Shown piece by piece: positions 19,941 through 30,394 of a stretch of DNA of 64,000 bases. Under the pieces are notes generated by a model. That model saw only the letters and a list, made by a program, of their open reading frames with translations, did no database searches and was not told the DNA's origin. The stretch is from Phycisphaeraceae bacterium (GTDB lineage: Bacteria > Planctomycetota > Phycisphaerae > Phycisphaerales > Phycisphaeraceae), in the NCBI GenBank assembly GCA_963674705.1, contig OY771506.1, positions 4,064,001 to 4,128,000 of the forward strand. Direction: 5' to 3'. The first letter of the stretch is position 1. Every line of letters begins with the position of its first letter. The position numbers were made by a program, and so were the translations under genes.

Positions 19941-21560
19941 ATGTCTAGCAGCCGTACAAACCGGATGTGGCTCATAATCGAGTCAATGATCGTGCTGGCC
20001 TTGGCGATCGTCGTGTTTTCCCGCATTTCCAATCCTACGCCGTACATCGACGAGTACTACCACGTTCTGGCGGCCCATTCCCTACTAAATGATGGCTCCC
20101 TTTATCTATATGATGGCGGAGAGCCCTATACCCGGGCCAAGGCCTACACCTACGTTGTGGCGGGCTGCTACCGGCTGTTTGGTGAGAGTTGGGATGCGGG
20201 CGGGCTCCCGTCCCTGGCATGCGGGGCGCTGCTTGTCATGTCCGTCTTCGCCTGGCTGTACCGCACGACCGGCCGCCGCATCGCCTGGCTGGCCGCAATG
20301 ATGCTCATCCTGTCGCCGCACTTCCTTTGCTTCTCCTCGATGATCCGCTTCTACATGCCGCACATGCTGTTTGTCTGGCTGGCATGGATCAGCGCCTACG
20401 GCTTCCTGGTAGGGGGGTATAAATGGCCGGGTCGATGCCTGATTTTCCTGGCGGGCGTAATGACTGCATTGATTGCAGCACACCTGCAAACCACGACCGC
20501 CATCGCCGCGTTGGCGGTGGGCGTTTGGGCAGCAAGCGTTTTCATCGGCTACCTGATTAACAAAGGCCCGCAGCAGGCGCGCAAAACGATATTCGTTGTG
20601 ATGCTCGTATTAATCGTCGTGGTCCCGCTATTTGTTGTCGGTCTGAAAATGACGGGGGCGTGGGACCATATGGCCCTGAAAATGAACACATCCCGTCCCT
20701 GGACGGAAGCGACACGCTATCAATTCCAGTACTACCACCGTTTTTTTAAAAACAATTACCCGATGTTATGGGCGTGTTTCCCATTCATTGCTATCGCGGC
20801 CTTGGCTCATCGCCGACGACAAGCGTGGTTCTGCCTGGTGTTATTTGGCGTCCCATTTGTCGCTCATTCGCTGTTGCCATTCAAAGGCGAACGATATCTG
20901 TCCTATGCCTGGACCTGTTTTTTTGTGGTCCTGGCCATTGGCTTGGACGGCCTGCTGGATTGGCTGCATTCCAGAGCACAGGACCTGATCGGGCAGCTCT
21001 ACAGCCAAACCCTGGCTGAAAAAAAGTGGATAAGCGCGGTTATCGTCGGTTTCCTGCTGGGTTCATTGGGCTTCGCGTGGATGGTCACACCAAGTTACGC
21101 CACAGGTCGACAGATGCTCACAGGAGCCTCTTTAGGCCCGCTTCAACACGAAGACTGGACCACAGCTACCCAAATCCTCAAACCCATCGCGGACCAGACG
21201 GGCTTCGTCATCGACTCATCCCCACCGAAAGCAATCTATCACTTTGGCCGGATGGATATGGGGCTCAGCGTCAGCCAGGCCCAGGACCGCCCGGAATTTG
21301 CTATCCACCCGAAACTCAACCGCCCAGTAATCTACAGCGCCGAGGCCATGAAGCAGGTCATGGATGAGCACGCCAAAGGGCTGATCATTATCGAAACCGC
21401 GCATTTTGGCGCCTGGTATTTTGTGCCTCCTGACACAGCGGCTTTCATACAGACCCACACAACGCCGATAGACCTTCCGGCGGACCTTGGAATCAAAGCA
21501 TTTAAATGGGGTACGGACGTCGAACCGTTATCGACTCCGCTGCCCGATCAGATGGAGTGA
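19941..21560 (+). CDS. Polytopic membrane glycosyltransferase (GT-C fold, ArnT/PMT GT39-like)
   Basis: PYIDEYYH acidic motif after first TM, RFY and ERY motifs, many TM segments; start 19941 or 19965. Confidence 0.75.
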   Translation: MSSSRTNRMWLIIESMIVLALAIVVFSRISNPTPYIDEYYHVLAAHSLLNDGSLYLYDGGEPYTRAKAYTYVVAGCYRLFGESWDAGGLPSLACGALLVMSVFAWLYRTTGRRIAWLAAMMLILSPHFLCFSSMIRFYMPHMLFVWLAWISAYGFLVGGYKWPGRCLIFLAGVMTALIAAHLQTTTAIAALAVGVWAASVFIGYLINKGPQQARKTIFVVMLVLIVVVPLFVVGLKMTGAWDHMALKMNTSRPWTEATRYQFQYYHRFFKNNYPMLWACFPFIAIAALAHRRRQAWFCLVLFGVPFVAHSLLPFKGERYLSYAWTCFFVVLAIGLDGLLDWLHSRAQDLIGQLYSQTLAEKKWISAVIVGFLLGSLGFAWMVTPSYATGRQMLTGASLGPLQHEDWTTATQILKPIADQTGFVIDSSPPKAIYHFGRMDMGLSVSQAQDRPEFAIHPKLNRPVIYSAEAMKQVMDEHAKGLIIIETAHFGAWYFVPPDTAAFIQTHTTPIDLPADLGIKAFKWGTDVEPLSTPLPDQME

Positions 21561-21562
21561 CT

Positions 21563-22798
21563 ATGGCGGACAGTCTTAACATCTTCGTGTGCTATATCCC
21601 GGGCCTGGATCGTCGGCGTATCGATGCTGAACGGACGCCGCATATCCAACACCTGTTCGATAAATATCCTTCTAGCACGCTCGAAACCATCCCAAGCACG
21701 GAGTTGACTCCTACTCTCCTCACCGGTGTCGGCCCGGACAAGAACGGTATCTGGCAGGTCAGCCTTAAGGAGCAAGTACCTCTATCTCCAATAGGCAAAC
21801 TGGTGGAGATGCTGCCGGACGTGGTGACGACTACCGCCCAGTGTTTCGGCCATCTGATGAACAGCAAGCGCGACCTTGCCGCGGTCCCCTGGCGTCGTCG
21901 CAGGCAGTTCAATCTGCATCGCATGAAGTACACCCGTCGCGAGTCCGATCCAACATGTCTGGACGAGATCGGTGGCTACTCTTCGATCCTTAAAGAGATC
22001 GGCCATAGTGAAGCAGGTTACGTGTTCAGCAAACACTTCAGCGATATGGAAAAGGGATTGAGTATCTTTCCTCGCAAAGGTAAACGCCTGGACTTTGTTG
22101 AATTCTACGGCTTCGACCTTTTCTCTCACTGGAACCTCGATCATCCCGAACAAATTGCTGAAAAACTCCGCTACGTCGACAGCTTTGTCCAACGCTTACA
22201 CAAGCGATGTCAGGATGCCGGTGTTGCCATGGTGCTGTTGGTCGACCACGGACAAGAATTGATCAAGTCCTCGATCAATATTATCAAGCTGCTTAAGCAA
22301 AGCGGTGTGCCGCGAAGTGAATATGTGTACTTCGTCGAAGTCTCCGCCGTCCGGCTCTGGTTCAAGACGGATCGCGCCCGAACCGAACTTACAAAACTGG
22401 TTAATAGCATTGAGAATGTCACGGCCAAGACTTACCAGCAGATGCATGAATACGGCATCTGCTTCGATACGCCGAAGTACGGCGAGCTCTATTGTTTTGC
22501 CAAACACGGTCACACGTTCTTCCCTCACGACTTCTATAATCCGATCGCCAATACGTACCTGGGCATCACCGATCCGTTGCTGCGGCCTCGCCTGTTCAAC
22601 CCGCATCACCGAGGCAATCACGGCCACCTTCCCACACACCCCGCAGAAGAGGGCTATCTGATCCTCTGTGATGACGGATATAAAACCAGTATCAATCGTG
22701 GCCACGTCCGGGATTTTGCGCCGACGATGATGAAACTGGTCGGGAAGCCACCGGCTGAACACATGACCGGTCGTGTGCTGTTTGATCACAATGACTAA
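21563..22798 (+). CDS. Alkaline phosphatase superfamily / nucleotide pyrophosphatase-like protein
   Basis: LLTGVGPDKNG, DLFSH, LVDHG, GNHGH, DFAPT. Confidence 0.75.
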   Translation: MADSLNIFVCYIPGLDRRRIDAERTPHIQHLFDKYPSSTLETIPSTELTPTLLTGVGPDKNGIWQVSLKEQVPLSPIGKLVEMLPDVVTTTAQCFGHLMNSKRDLAAVPWRRRRQFNLHRMKYTRRESDPTCLDEIGGYSSILKEIGHSEAGYVFSKHFSDMEKGLSIFPRKGKRLDFVEFYGFDLFSHWNLDHPEQIAEKLRYVDSFVQRLHKRCQDAGVAMVLLVDHGQELIKSSINIIKLLKQSGVPRSEYVYFVEVSAVRLWFKTDRARTELTKLVNSIENVTAKTYQQMHEYGICFDTPKYGELYCFAKHGHTFFPHDFYNPIANTYLGITDPLLRPRLFNPHHRGNHGHLPTHPAEEGYLILCDDGYKTSINRGHVRDFAPTMMKLVGKPPAEHMTGRVLFDHND

Positions 22799-22834
22799 AC
22801 GGTCAGATGTAATTTTGAAGCAATAGCAAATTCA

Positions 22835-23827
22835 ATGACGGAAAACCAAGCCCAGCCACAAACCGCCACAAAGAAGCGCAAGCCTGTATGGGTCAAAGCC
22901 CTGCGTGCATCTATCGGGCTGGCAATCCTTGCGATCCTCTTTTACGTAATTCCCATTGGTGGCGTCATCCAAGCGATGGGCAAGGCGAAGTGGTTACCCG
23001 TACTGGGTGCTGCCTTGATTGTGTTTGTAACGCAATGGCTGACCGCTGATCGATTGCGTCGACTCTGCGCTGCCCACGGGCATGAATGGTCAACCTTCGG
23101 CGTCATGCAGATCAACCTGGCGACACGCTTCTATGGCTTGTTTCTTCCCGGCGGGAACTTCACCGGTATCGCTATCCGTTTTTACAAACTGGCCGGCGAC
23201 CATAAACAATACATCGGAACCGCGGTCGCACTTTTCTACGACAGGGTTGCTGCCACGGTCACTTTATGCGGCGTCGGCGCAGTCTTCTGGCTGATGGAAC
23301 GGCCGAGCGATTCCTGGCAATCGTTGGTCGCCATCCTCGGCGCGATGGTAGTCATGATCCTGGGACTGATGGTTCTGTTTTCAAATTCCCCGGGTCCCTT
23401 CATCGTCTGGATCAGACGCCTGCTCAGCCGCATCGGTGGCGTAAAGATGCATACCCTCAGGCAAGCGGTACGTGAATCACGCTCTCTTACCGCAAGGCAG
23501 ACCACCATCATCTACCTGCTCTCGATCATCCCACACTTTCTTGGAGTCATCGGCTGGTACCTGCTCTGTCAATCCCTGGATATCGATGTGTCGCTGATCA
23601 CGATCGGCTGGATACGTTCAGCGATCATCCTGGCAACGATGATACCGATCAGCGTCTCCGGCCTGGGCTTGCGCGAAGGGGCCTCGGTGCTGCTTTTGAC
23701 AAGTTATGGCGTCAGCCAGGAGACCTCACTGGCGTTTTCGATCCTGGTGTTCTTCATCACCACCGTGCTGATCGGTCTGGCGGGGGGGATAACTGAGGCT
23801 TACCGGTTCCTTGTCGGGCACGATTGA
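22835..23827 (+). CDS. Lysylphosphatidylglycerol synthase TM (UPF0104/flippase-like) membrane protein
   Basis: FLPGG, YDR, IPISVSGLGLREG motif; multiple TMs. Confidence 0.85.
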   Translation: MTENQAQPQTATKKRKPVWVKALRASIGLAILAILFYVIPIGGVIQAMGKAKWLPVLGAALIVFVTQWLTADRLRRLCAAHGHEWSTFGVMQINLATRFYGLFLPGGNFTGIAIRFYKLAGDHKQYIGTAVALFYDRVAATVTLCGVGAVFWLMERPSDSWQSLVAILGAMVVMILGLMVLFSNSPGPFIVWIRRLLSRIGGVKMHTLRQAVRESRSLTARQTTIIYLLSIIPHFLGVIGWYLLCQSLDIDVSLITIGWIRSAIILATMIPISVSGLGLREGASVLLLTSYGVSQETSLAFSILVFFITTVLIGLAGGITEAYRFLVGHD

Positions 23828-24010
23828 AACGCGGGTTTCGCCTTAAAGATGTAGTATCATCACGGGCATCCAAATCCGTATTGTCGGACAACTTACAGAC
23901 TCGCCAGGCCGCTTGGCGAGCCGGGCAGTCCGGCGTTACAATGGCAAGCCGATCAAGTGATTACCTAGCAATCCGGGCCAGGGCCATATGCCCCGATTAA
24001 GGAGTGACCA

Positions 24011-25270
24011 ATGAGCCGGCATCACAACGAACAGCGACACGTCACACGCAACCACCTTCCCGTCTTCGAAGCGTTGGAGCAGCGCGTCCTCTTATCCGCA
24101 AGCCAGGTAGGTGCCGAACTTACGCTTACTGGAACTTCGGGTAATGACACCATCGTCGTCACAGCCGGCACCAACCCGGGTGAAGTCGTCGTGACCGGTG
24201 TGGACGGCGTAGCTGATGGCACAACCTTCACGGGTGTGGATGAGGTCGAGATCTATGTCTTTAACGGGACCAACAGTATCACAATCGGCAGCGGTATCTT
24301 GGATACAGCTTCTGAATTGATGGGCTTTGATATGGTCGGCGGTGATGGCGTGGACACTTTCACGGGCGGTGACGGCGACGATGGCCTGATCGGAATGGCC
24401 AGCAACGACATCCTTGATGGCGGTGCAGGTGATGATGAAATCGACGGCCAAGGCGGACATGACACACTCATCGGTGGTGACGGTAACGATCGGATCCTTG
24501 GTGATGCCGGTGAAGACAATATCACCGGCGGTGACGGCGACGATGTGATTTACGCCGGCAAGGGCGATGACACCGTTGATGCCGGTGCGGGCGATGACCT
24601 AGTCTATGGCGAGGATGGTAACGATATTATTAACGCGGGTGATGGTAAAGACACCGTAATCGGTGGTCTCGGTAACGACCGGATGGATGGGGGAGACGGA
24701 AACGATCTGATTAAGGGTAACAATGGAGATGACAACATCTCGGGTGGCGCGGGTAACGACAAACTAATGGGCCACTACGGTATCGACCTCATCAGAGGCA
24801 ACTCGGGCAACGACTTGATCATTGGCGGAAAGCTGAACGATAGCCTCCGAGGTAACGGCGGCAGAGATAAGATTTTCGGCGAAGGCGGTAGCGACACCAT
24901 TACAGGCGGACCCGGTGCAGACAAGTTATACGGCTTTAACGCTGGCGGCTCCCGATGGATTGATGAGATTACTGACGGTGGCGACTACATCTTGGGAGGC
25001 AATGGAAACGACACCATTTACGGCCAAAGTGGGGCGGACGTTATCTACGGTCAAAATGGTCGAGACACCATCTTCGGCGGACTTGGTAATGACTTCCTGG
25101 ATGGTGGAATCGGAAACGACATCCTGTGGGGTAACGAAAACAACGACACTATTTACGGTGGCAGCGGCAATGATATTCTTCGTGCTAACGCAGGCTACCA
25201 TGACTTCCTTAACGGCGGGCCCGGTCTCGACACCATTTACGATGGCTTTACCGGCAGCAGACTGGATTGA
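24011..25270 (+). CDS. Ca-binding RTX-type repeat protein with LEPR-XLL leader
   Basis: FEALEQRVLLSA leader; many GGxGxD nonapeptides; AAGGAG RBS. Confidence 0.88.
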   Translation: MSRHHNEQRHVTRNHLPVFEALEQRVLLSASQVGAELTLTGTSGNDTIVVTAGTNPGEVVVTGVDGVADGTTFTGVDEVEIYVFNGTNSITIGSGILDTASELMGFDMVGGDGVDTFTGGDGDDGLIGMASNDILDGGAGDDEIDGQGGHDTLIGGDGNDRILGDAGEDNITGGDGDDVIYAGKGDDTVDAGAGDDLVYGEDGNDIINAGDGKDTVIGGLGNDRMDGGDGNDLIKGNNGDDNISGGAGNDKLMGHYGIDLIRGNSGNDLIIGGKLNDSLRGNGGRDKIFGEGGSDTITGGPGADKLYGFNAGGSRWIDEITDGGDYILGGNGNDTIYGQSGADVIYGQNGRDTIFGGLGNDFLDGGIGNDILWGNENNDTIYGGSGNDILRANAGYHDFLNGGPGLDTIYDGFTGSRLD

Positions 25271-25672
25271 TACATGATCTGTATCCCGGTCTCGACAGAC
25301 GCCTGAAACACAGTGCTTTCAGCACTACAAGAAAACATTCAAACACCACATGCGCGATAGCCGCTTAAACGTAGCTGTCGCGTGGTGCCATCTGCACGTG
25401 TTTTTGCTCATCACAGTCAGCGATTTGAACTTAGAGAAGACCGGCTGACTGGAGAAGACTCGGTTCGGGTCCGTACTGATAAGGCAGCTTGGGGTAAGCA
25501 CTTTTCATCATGGGCCATATTGACGTTAAATTTCTATCTATCAATAGTTTAACAGCTACATCTTGCCCATTTTAGTACTATCCCAATGACGGGAGAACCC
25601 CGATGTTCGTGGTAGATAACGGCACCGCCGTGTGTGCGGTAGCCATGTCCTGATTGATGTCAGGAGTCTGCC

Positions 25673-27163
25673 ATGAGACCACCACGCCGCCCAATAATGC
25701 TCTTCGACAAACGCCATGAAATCCATCGGCGGGGCGGTGTCATTCCCACTTTCGAATTGCTCGAACAACGACTCTTACTATCCGCTTCGCAGATCGGCTC
25801 AGAGCTGACGATCACCGGCACCAACCATAGTGATGCGATCATTCTGGCTGCGGGTTCTGCGGCAGGTGAATTGACACTCACCGGCGTGGATGGCGTGGCT
25901 GACGGTACGACCTACACCGGTATCGACAGCATTATCATCAATAGCGGTAACGGCAAGGACACCATCAGCATCGGCGCAGGCATCCTGGATACGTCCGGCG
26001 GCGCGATCGGTCTTAGCATCGATGGTGGGAACGGCGAAGATATTATCACCGGCGGCGACGGTGATGACATCATTACCGGCGGTAATGGCGAAGACATCAT
26101 CAGTGGCGGTGGTGGTAATGACACGCTTGATGGCGGCAATGGTAAGGACATCCTCAACGGTGATGATGGCAATGACCTGCTGCTTGGTGGTAACGGCAAG
26201 GACCTGCTGAACGGTGGTGCCGGCAACGACACAATATTCGGCGACAACGGCGAAGATGAGTTGATCGGCGGAACGGGCGATGACACGCTCGACGGCGGTT
26301 ACGGCGGCGACACACTACACGGCAACGATGGCAACGACCACCTCATCGGCAACCTCGATAACGACCTGCTCTATGGCGATACCGGTGACGATCTTCTCGA
26401 GGGTAATCTCGGCGATGATACGCTATATGGCGGTGATGGTGAAGATACGCTTTACGCTGGAGATGGTGACGACAGCCTCTACGGCGGTAACGACAATGAT
26501 CTGATCTTCGGTGATGCAGGCAACGATCTCATCGAGGGCAACCTCGGCGACGACGCGATCTTTGGCGGTATCGGTGAAGATATCCTCTACGGCGGCGAAG
26601 GTAACGATAGCCTGTTCGGAGATGACGGCAACGACCTTATCTTCGGTGACGCGGGCAATGACCTGCTCGAAGGCAACCGTGGTGATGACACGATCTATGG
26701 TGGCGACGGCGACGACTTCATCTACGGCCGTGCTGACCACGATACGCTCTACGGCGATGCGGGTGAGGATTACATCGAAGGCAACGGCGGAGATGACTGG
26801 ATCGACGGCGGCGAGGGCAATGACATAGCAATCGGTAACGCCGGCAACGACACGATTTTCGGTGCTAACAACGACGACACCCTAATAGGCGAGAGTGGTG
26901 ATGATGAAATCTATGGTAATGATGGCGACGATCTGATCATCGGCGGGATCGGCGCTGATTGGCTGTGGGGCAACCGTGGCGACGACCTGCTGTTCGGCGG
27001 GCAGGATGATGACTATCTCTTCGGTGGCGGCGGCAGCGACGAACTGTTCGGCAATACCGGGTCGGACTGGCTTTTCGGAGATAGCGGCGACGACTACCTC
27101 GACGGTGGGCCGGGCGACGACTATCTGGACGGCGGCTGGGGCGATGACATCCTAAACGACTAG
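25673..27163 (+). CDS. Ca-binding RTX-type repeat protein with LEPR-XLL leader (paralog)
   Basis: FELLEQRLLLSA leader; N-domain similar to 24011 gene; long GGxGxD array. Confidence 0.88.
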   Translation: MRPPRRPIMLFDKRHEIHRRGGVIPTFELLEQRLLLSASQIGSELTITGTNHSDAIILAAGSAAGELTLTGVDGVADGTTYTGIDSIIINSGNGKDTISIGAGILDTSGGAIGLSIDGGNGEDIITGGDGDDIITGGNGEDIISGGGGNDTLDGGNGKDILNGDDGNDLLLGGNGKDLLNGGAGNDTIFGDNGEDELIGGTGDDTLDGGYGGDTLHGNDGNDHLIGNLDNDLLYGDTGDDLLEGNLGDDTLYGGDGEDTLYAGDGDDSLYGGNDNDLIFGDAGNDLIEGNLGDDAIFGGIGEDILYGGEGNDSLFGDDGNDLIFGDAGNDLLEGNRGDDTIYGGDGDDFIYGRADHDTLYGDAGEDYIEGNGGDDWIDGGEGNDIAIGNAGNDTIFGANNDDTLIGESGDDEIYGNDGDDLIIGGIGADWLWGNRGDDLLFGGQDDDYLFGGGGSDELFGNTGSDWLFGDSGDDYLDGGPGDDYLDGGWGDDILND

Positions 27164-27345
27164 CAGGATGCGACATCGGCCAAATTTGACCTGATATCAA
27201 AAGATCCGATTCCTATCCACAGCAGCGGCATCATTCCCGCTGCTGTGGTCTTATGGATTCAACCGGCTATCATTCGGCAATAAGACGCACCGGCCGGGCC
27301 GATGCGTTCACCCTGAGCGTAAGACCAGACCTTGCCGAGTAGTCC

Positions 27346-30300
27346 ATGCCCCTAGATACGATCTCCATCCGTGGCGCCCGTGAGCACAACCTCAAGGGCA
27401 TTAACGTCGATATCCCCCACAACCAGCTTGTGGTCATCACGGGTCTGTCCGGCTCCGGCAAGAGTTCCCTGGCGTTCGACACGATCTATGCCGAGGGCCA
27501 GCGTAAGTACGTCGAATCGCTCTCAGCCTACGCCCGGCAGTTCCTCGAACAACTGCAAAAACCAGATATCGAATCCATCGAGGGCCTGCCCCCGACGATC
27601 GCCATTGAGCAGCGATCGGCTTCACACAACCCGCGATCGACCGTCGCCACCACCACCGAAATCTACGACTACCTGCGTCTGCTCTTCGCCCGCGCCGGCC
27701 AGCCCCGTTGTTGGCATACGGAAAAAGATGGCACTTACGGGGAAAAGCCCTGCGGCCGACCGATCACCAGCCAGAGCGCCTCACAGATCATCGAAAAGGT
27801 CTTCGAACTGCCGGAAGGCACTAAGCTGATGATCCTTTCGCCGGTCGTCCGTGGCAAGAAAGGCCATCACAAAGAAGTCTTCGAAGGTATGGTCAAACAG
27901 GGTTTCGTCCGCGCTCGTGTGGACGGCGAAGTTATGGACCTGCGGGAAATCACGACCAGCAAGGAAGGTACGCCGTTCACCACGAAGAAAGCACGTTACC
28001 AGGCGCACACGATCGAGGCAGTGGTGGATCGCGTCGTGGTGAAGCACACAGCAGAAAAGTCGGCGGAAGAGCCGGACGGCCTGCGCACGCGTGTGGCCGA
28101 CTCGATCGAGTTAGCCTTGAAGCTCGCTGATGGCCTGGTTGTTCTCAGCCACGTATCACCAACCAAAAAGAAAACAAACACCGATACATGGACCGACGTC
28201 CTGTACAGCGAGAAGTACGCCTGTGAACTGCATCCTGAATGCAGCCTTGAAGGTCTGGAGCCAAGGCTGTTTTCGTTCAACTCGCCTTACGGTGCGTGCC
28301 CGGCCTGCGGTGGCTTAGGCAACATCCTCGAATTCGATGCGGACCTGATCGTGCCGGATACCAATATCAGTCTGGCTGAAGGGGCGGTGCAAGCCTGGCG
28401 TAAGCACGGCAAGCGGATGAACATCTACTACGCCCGCATGATCCGCCAGTTCTGCAAAAACTTCGGCGTCAGCGCGGATGAGCCGTTCAAGAAACTGCCC
28501 AAGCCGATCCAGCGCATCCTGATGTACGGCACGAATGATCGGGATGAGAGTAAATACGACGCCCACTTTGAAGGCGTCATCCCCAACCTGCAGCGCCGGT
28601 GGGACCATACCGACAGTGAATACGTCAAAGCCCGCCTGCACGGTTATCTCTCCGAAGCGCCTTGCGAGACCTGCCATCGCAGCCGACTGCGTGAAGAAGC
28701 ATTGCACGTCTTCCTCGAAGCTGAGGGCCCGATCGCAGGCAAGGAAGTGGGGCGGAAGCTCTCAGAATTCAAGAATCCCGGCAGCAAAAACGCCAAATCA
28801 CGTCTGTTCCCGATTGACCGCGTCACCGGCATGACCATCGAACAAGCGGCCGACTTCTTCGACAAACTCAAGCTCGGTAAAGAGCAAACACTCATCGCTG
28901 CACCGATCCTCAAGGAAGTGCGTGCCCGCCTTGGTTTCATGCTCAGCGTCGGGCTCGGTTATCTGAATCTGGATCGTGCGACCGGCACGCTCTCCGGTGG
29001 GGAAGGCCAGCGCATCCGACTGGCGACTCAGGTCGGCTCCGGCCTCGTCGGCTGCTGCTATGTCCTGGACGAACCCACGATCGGCCTGCACCAGCGAGAC
29101 AATGATCGGCTCATCACGACGCTCCGGCACCTGACCGAAATCGGCAACACCGTCGTCGTGGTCGAACACGATGAAGACACGATCCGGGCTTCCGACCACC
29201 TGATCGATATCGGCCCGGGGCCGGGTGTGCACGGCGGGGAAGTCGTTGCCCAGGGACCGACGGATGAAGTCATCTCCGCCGGTGAATCTCTTACCGCACG
29301 ATACCTCAATGGCGACCTGGTCATCGAGACGCCTGAACAGCGCCGTCAACTCGATCACAAGAAAGCATTGACCATCAAAGGCGCACGCCAGAACAACCTG
29401 CAAAACATCGACATCACCTTCCCCCTGGGCGGGCTTGTTGTTGTCACCGGTGTTTCCGGCTCCGGCAAAAGCACGCTGGTCAACCAGATCCTGCTCCGCG
29501 CTGCCCGACGTGAACTGCTTGGCTCCCGAGACAAGCCCGGCGATCACGACCGCCTGACCGGTGTGGGCAATATCGATCGCATCATTGAGGTTGATCAATC
29601 CCCGATCGGCCGAACCCCACGATCGAATCCCGCGACTTATACCGGCGCGTTCGACGCCATCCGCAGCCTGTTCACCAAGACCAAGGAAGCCAAGGTCCGA
29701 GGCTACAAACCCGGGCGTTTCAGCTTCAACGTCAAGGGCGGCCGCTGCGAGTCCTGCATGGGCCAAGGCGTCAAGAAGATCGAAATGCACTTCCTGCCTG
29801 ACGTGTACGTTGAATGCGATGACTGCAAGGGCAGCCGGTACAACCGCCAGACGCTTGAAGTACGCTACCGCGGCAAAAACATCGCGGATGTGTTGAAAAT
29901 GACCGTCGAAGAAGCCCTCGAATTCTTCGACAGCTTCCCCGATGTCAAACGCCTGATGACCGCACTCAACGATGTCGGCCTGAGCTACGTCCAACTCGGC
30001 CAGGCCTCCACAACGCTATCCGGCGGTGAAGCCCAGCGCGTCAAGCTCTCTTCCGAACTTGGCAAACGCTCAACCGGACACACGCTCTACATCCTCGACG
30101 AACCCACGACCGGCCTGCACTTCGCCGACGTCGACAAACTCCTGAGCGTGCTCGGCCGACTGGCGGATCAAGGCAACACCGTCGTCGTCATCGAACACAA
30201 CATGGATGTGATCAAGAACGCCGACTGGATCATCGACCTCGGCCCAGAAGGCGGCGACCGCGGCGGCACCATCGTCGCCACCGGCACCCCCGAGCAGGTT

Positions 30301-30369
30301 GCCGCGGTGGACGGTTCATACACGGGCAAGTATCTTCGCGAGCACCTGAACCAACCTGTAAGTGTTTAA
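27346..30369 (+). CDS. uvrA: Excinuclease ABC subunit A
   Basis: [22 protein letters not shown], two ABC modules, zinc fingers, LSGGEAQR. Confidence 0.98.
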   Translation: MPLDTISIRGAREHNLKGINVDIPHNQLVVITGLSGSGKSSLAFDTIYAEGQRKYVESLSAYARQFLEQLQKPDIESIEGLPPTIAIEQRSASHNPRSTVATTTEIYDYLRLLFARAGQPRCWHTEKDGTYGEKPCGRPITSQSASQIIEKVFELPEGTKLMILSPVVRGKKGHHKEVFEGMVKQGFVRARVDGEVMDLREITTSKEGTPFTTKKARYQAHTIEAVVDRVVVKHTAEKSAEEPDGLRTRVADSIELALKLADGLVVLSHVSPTKKKTNTDTWTDVLYSEKYACELHPECSLEGLEPRLFSFNSPYGACPACGGLGNILEFDADLIVPDTNISLAEGAVQAWRKHGKRMNIYYARMIRQFCKNFGVSADEPFKKLPKPIQRILMYGTNDRDESKYDAHFEGVIPNLQRRWDHTDSEYVKARLHGYLSEAPCETCHRSRLREEALHVFLEAEGPIAGKEVGRKLSEFKNPGSKNAKSRLFPIDRVTGMTIEQAADFFDKLKLGKEQTLIAAPILKEVRARLGFMLSVGLGYLNLDRATGTLSGGEGQRIRLATQVGSGLVGCCYVLDEPTIGLHQRDNDRLITTLRHLTEIGNTVVVVEHDEDTIRASDHLIDIGPGPGVHGGEVVAQGPTDEVISAGESLTARYLNGDLVIETPEQRRQLDHKKALTIKGARQNNLQNIDITFPLGGLVVVTGVSGSGKSTLVNQILLRAARRELLGSRDKPGDHDRLTGVGNIDRIIEVDQSPIGRTPRSNPATYTGAFDAIRSLFTKTKEAKVRGYKPGRFSFNVKGGRCESCMGQGVKKIEMHFLPDVYVECDDCKGSRYNRQTLEVRYRGKNIADVLKMTVEEALEFFDSFPDVKRLMTALNDVGLSYVQLGQASTTLSGGEAQRVKLSSELGKRSTGHTLYILDEPTTGLHFADVDKLLSVLGRLADQGNTVVVIEHNMDVIKNADWIIDLGPEGGDRGGTIVATGTPEQVAAVDGSYTGKYLREHLNQPVSV

Positions 30370-30394
30370 TTATTGTTAGCGACCGGGTTAGATT

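Noticed and set aside
24340..27160. Highly repetitive DNA that might be a CRISPR array or DGR repeats
   Set aside because: Repeats are 27-nt coding units for GGxGxD nonapeptides with synonymous variation; there are no unique spacers and no cas or reverse transcriptase gene.
28798..29994. 398-aa minus-strand ORF (also 7083-8090, 36298-37194, 61104-62060)
   Set aside because: Antisense shadows of uvrA, pntA, the VPAP protein and folD with no independent motifs.
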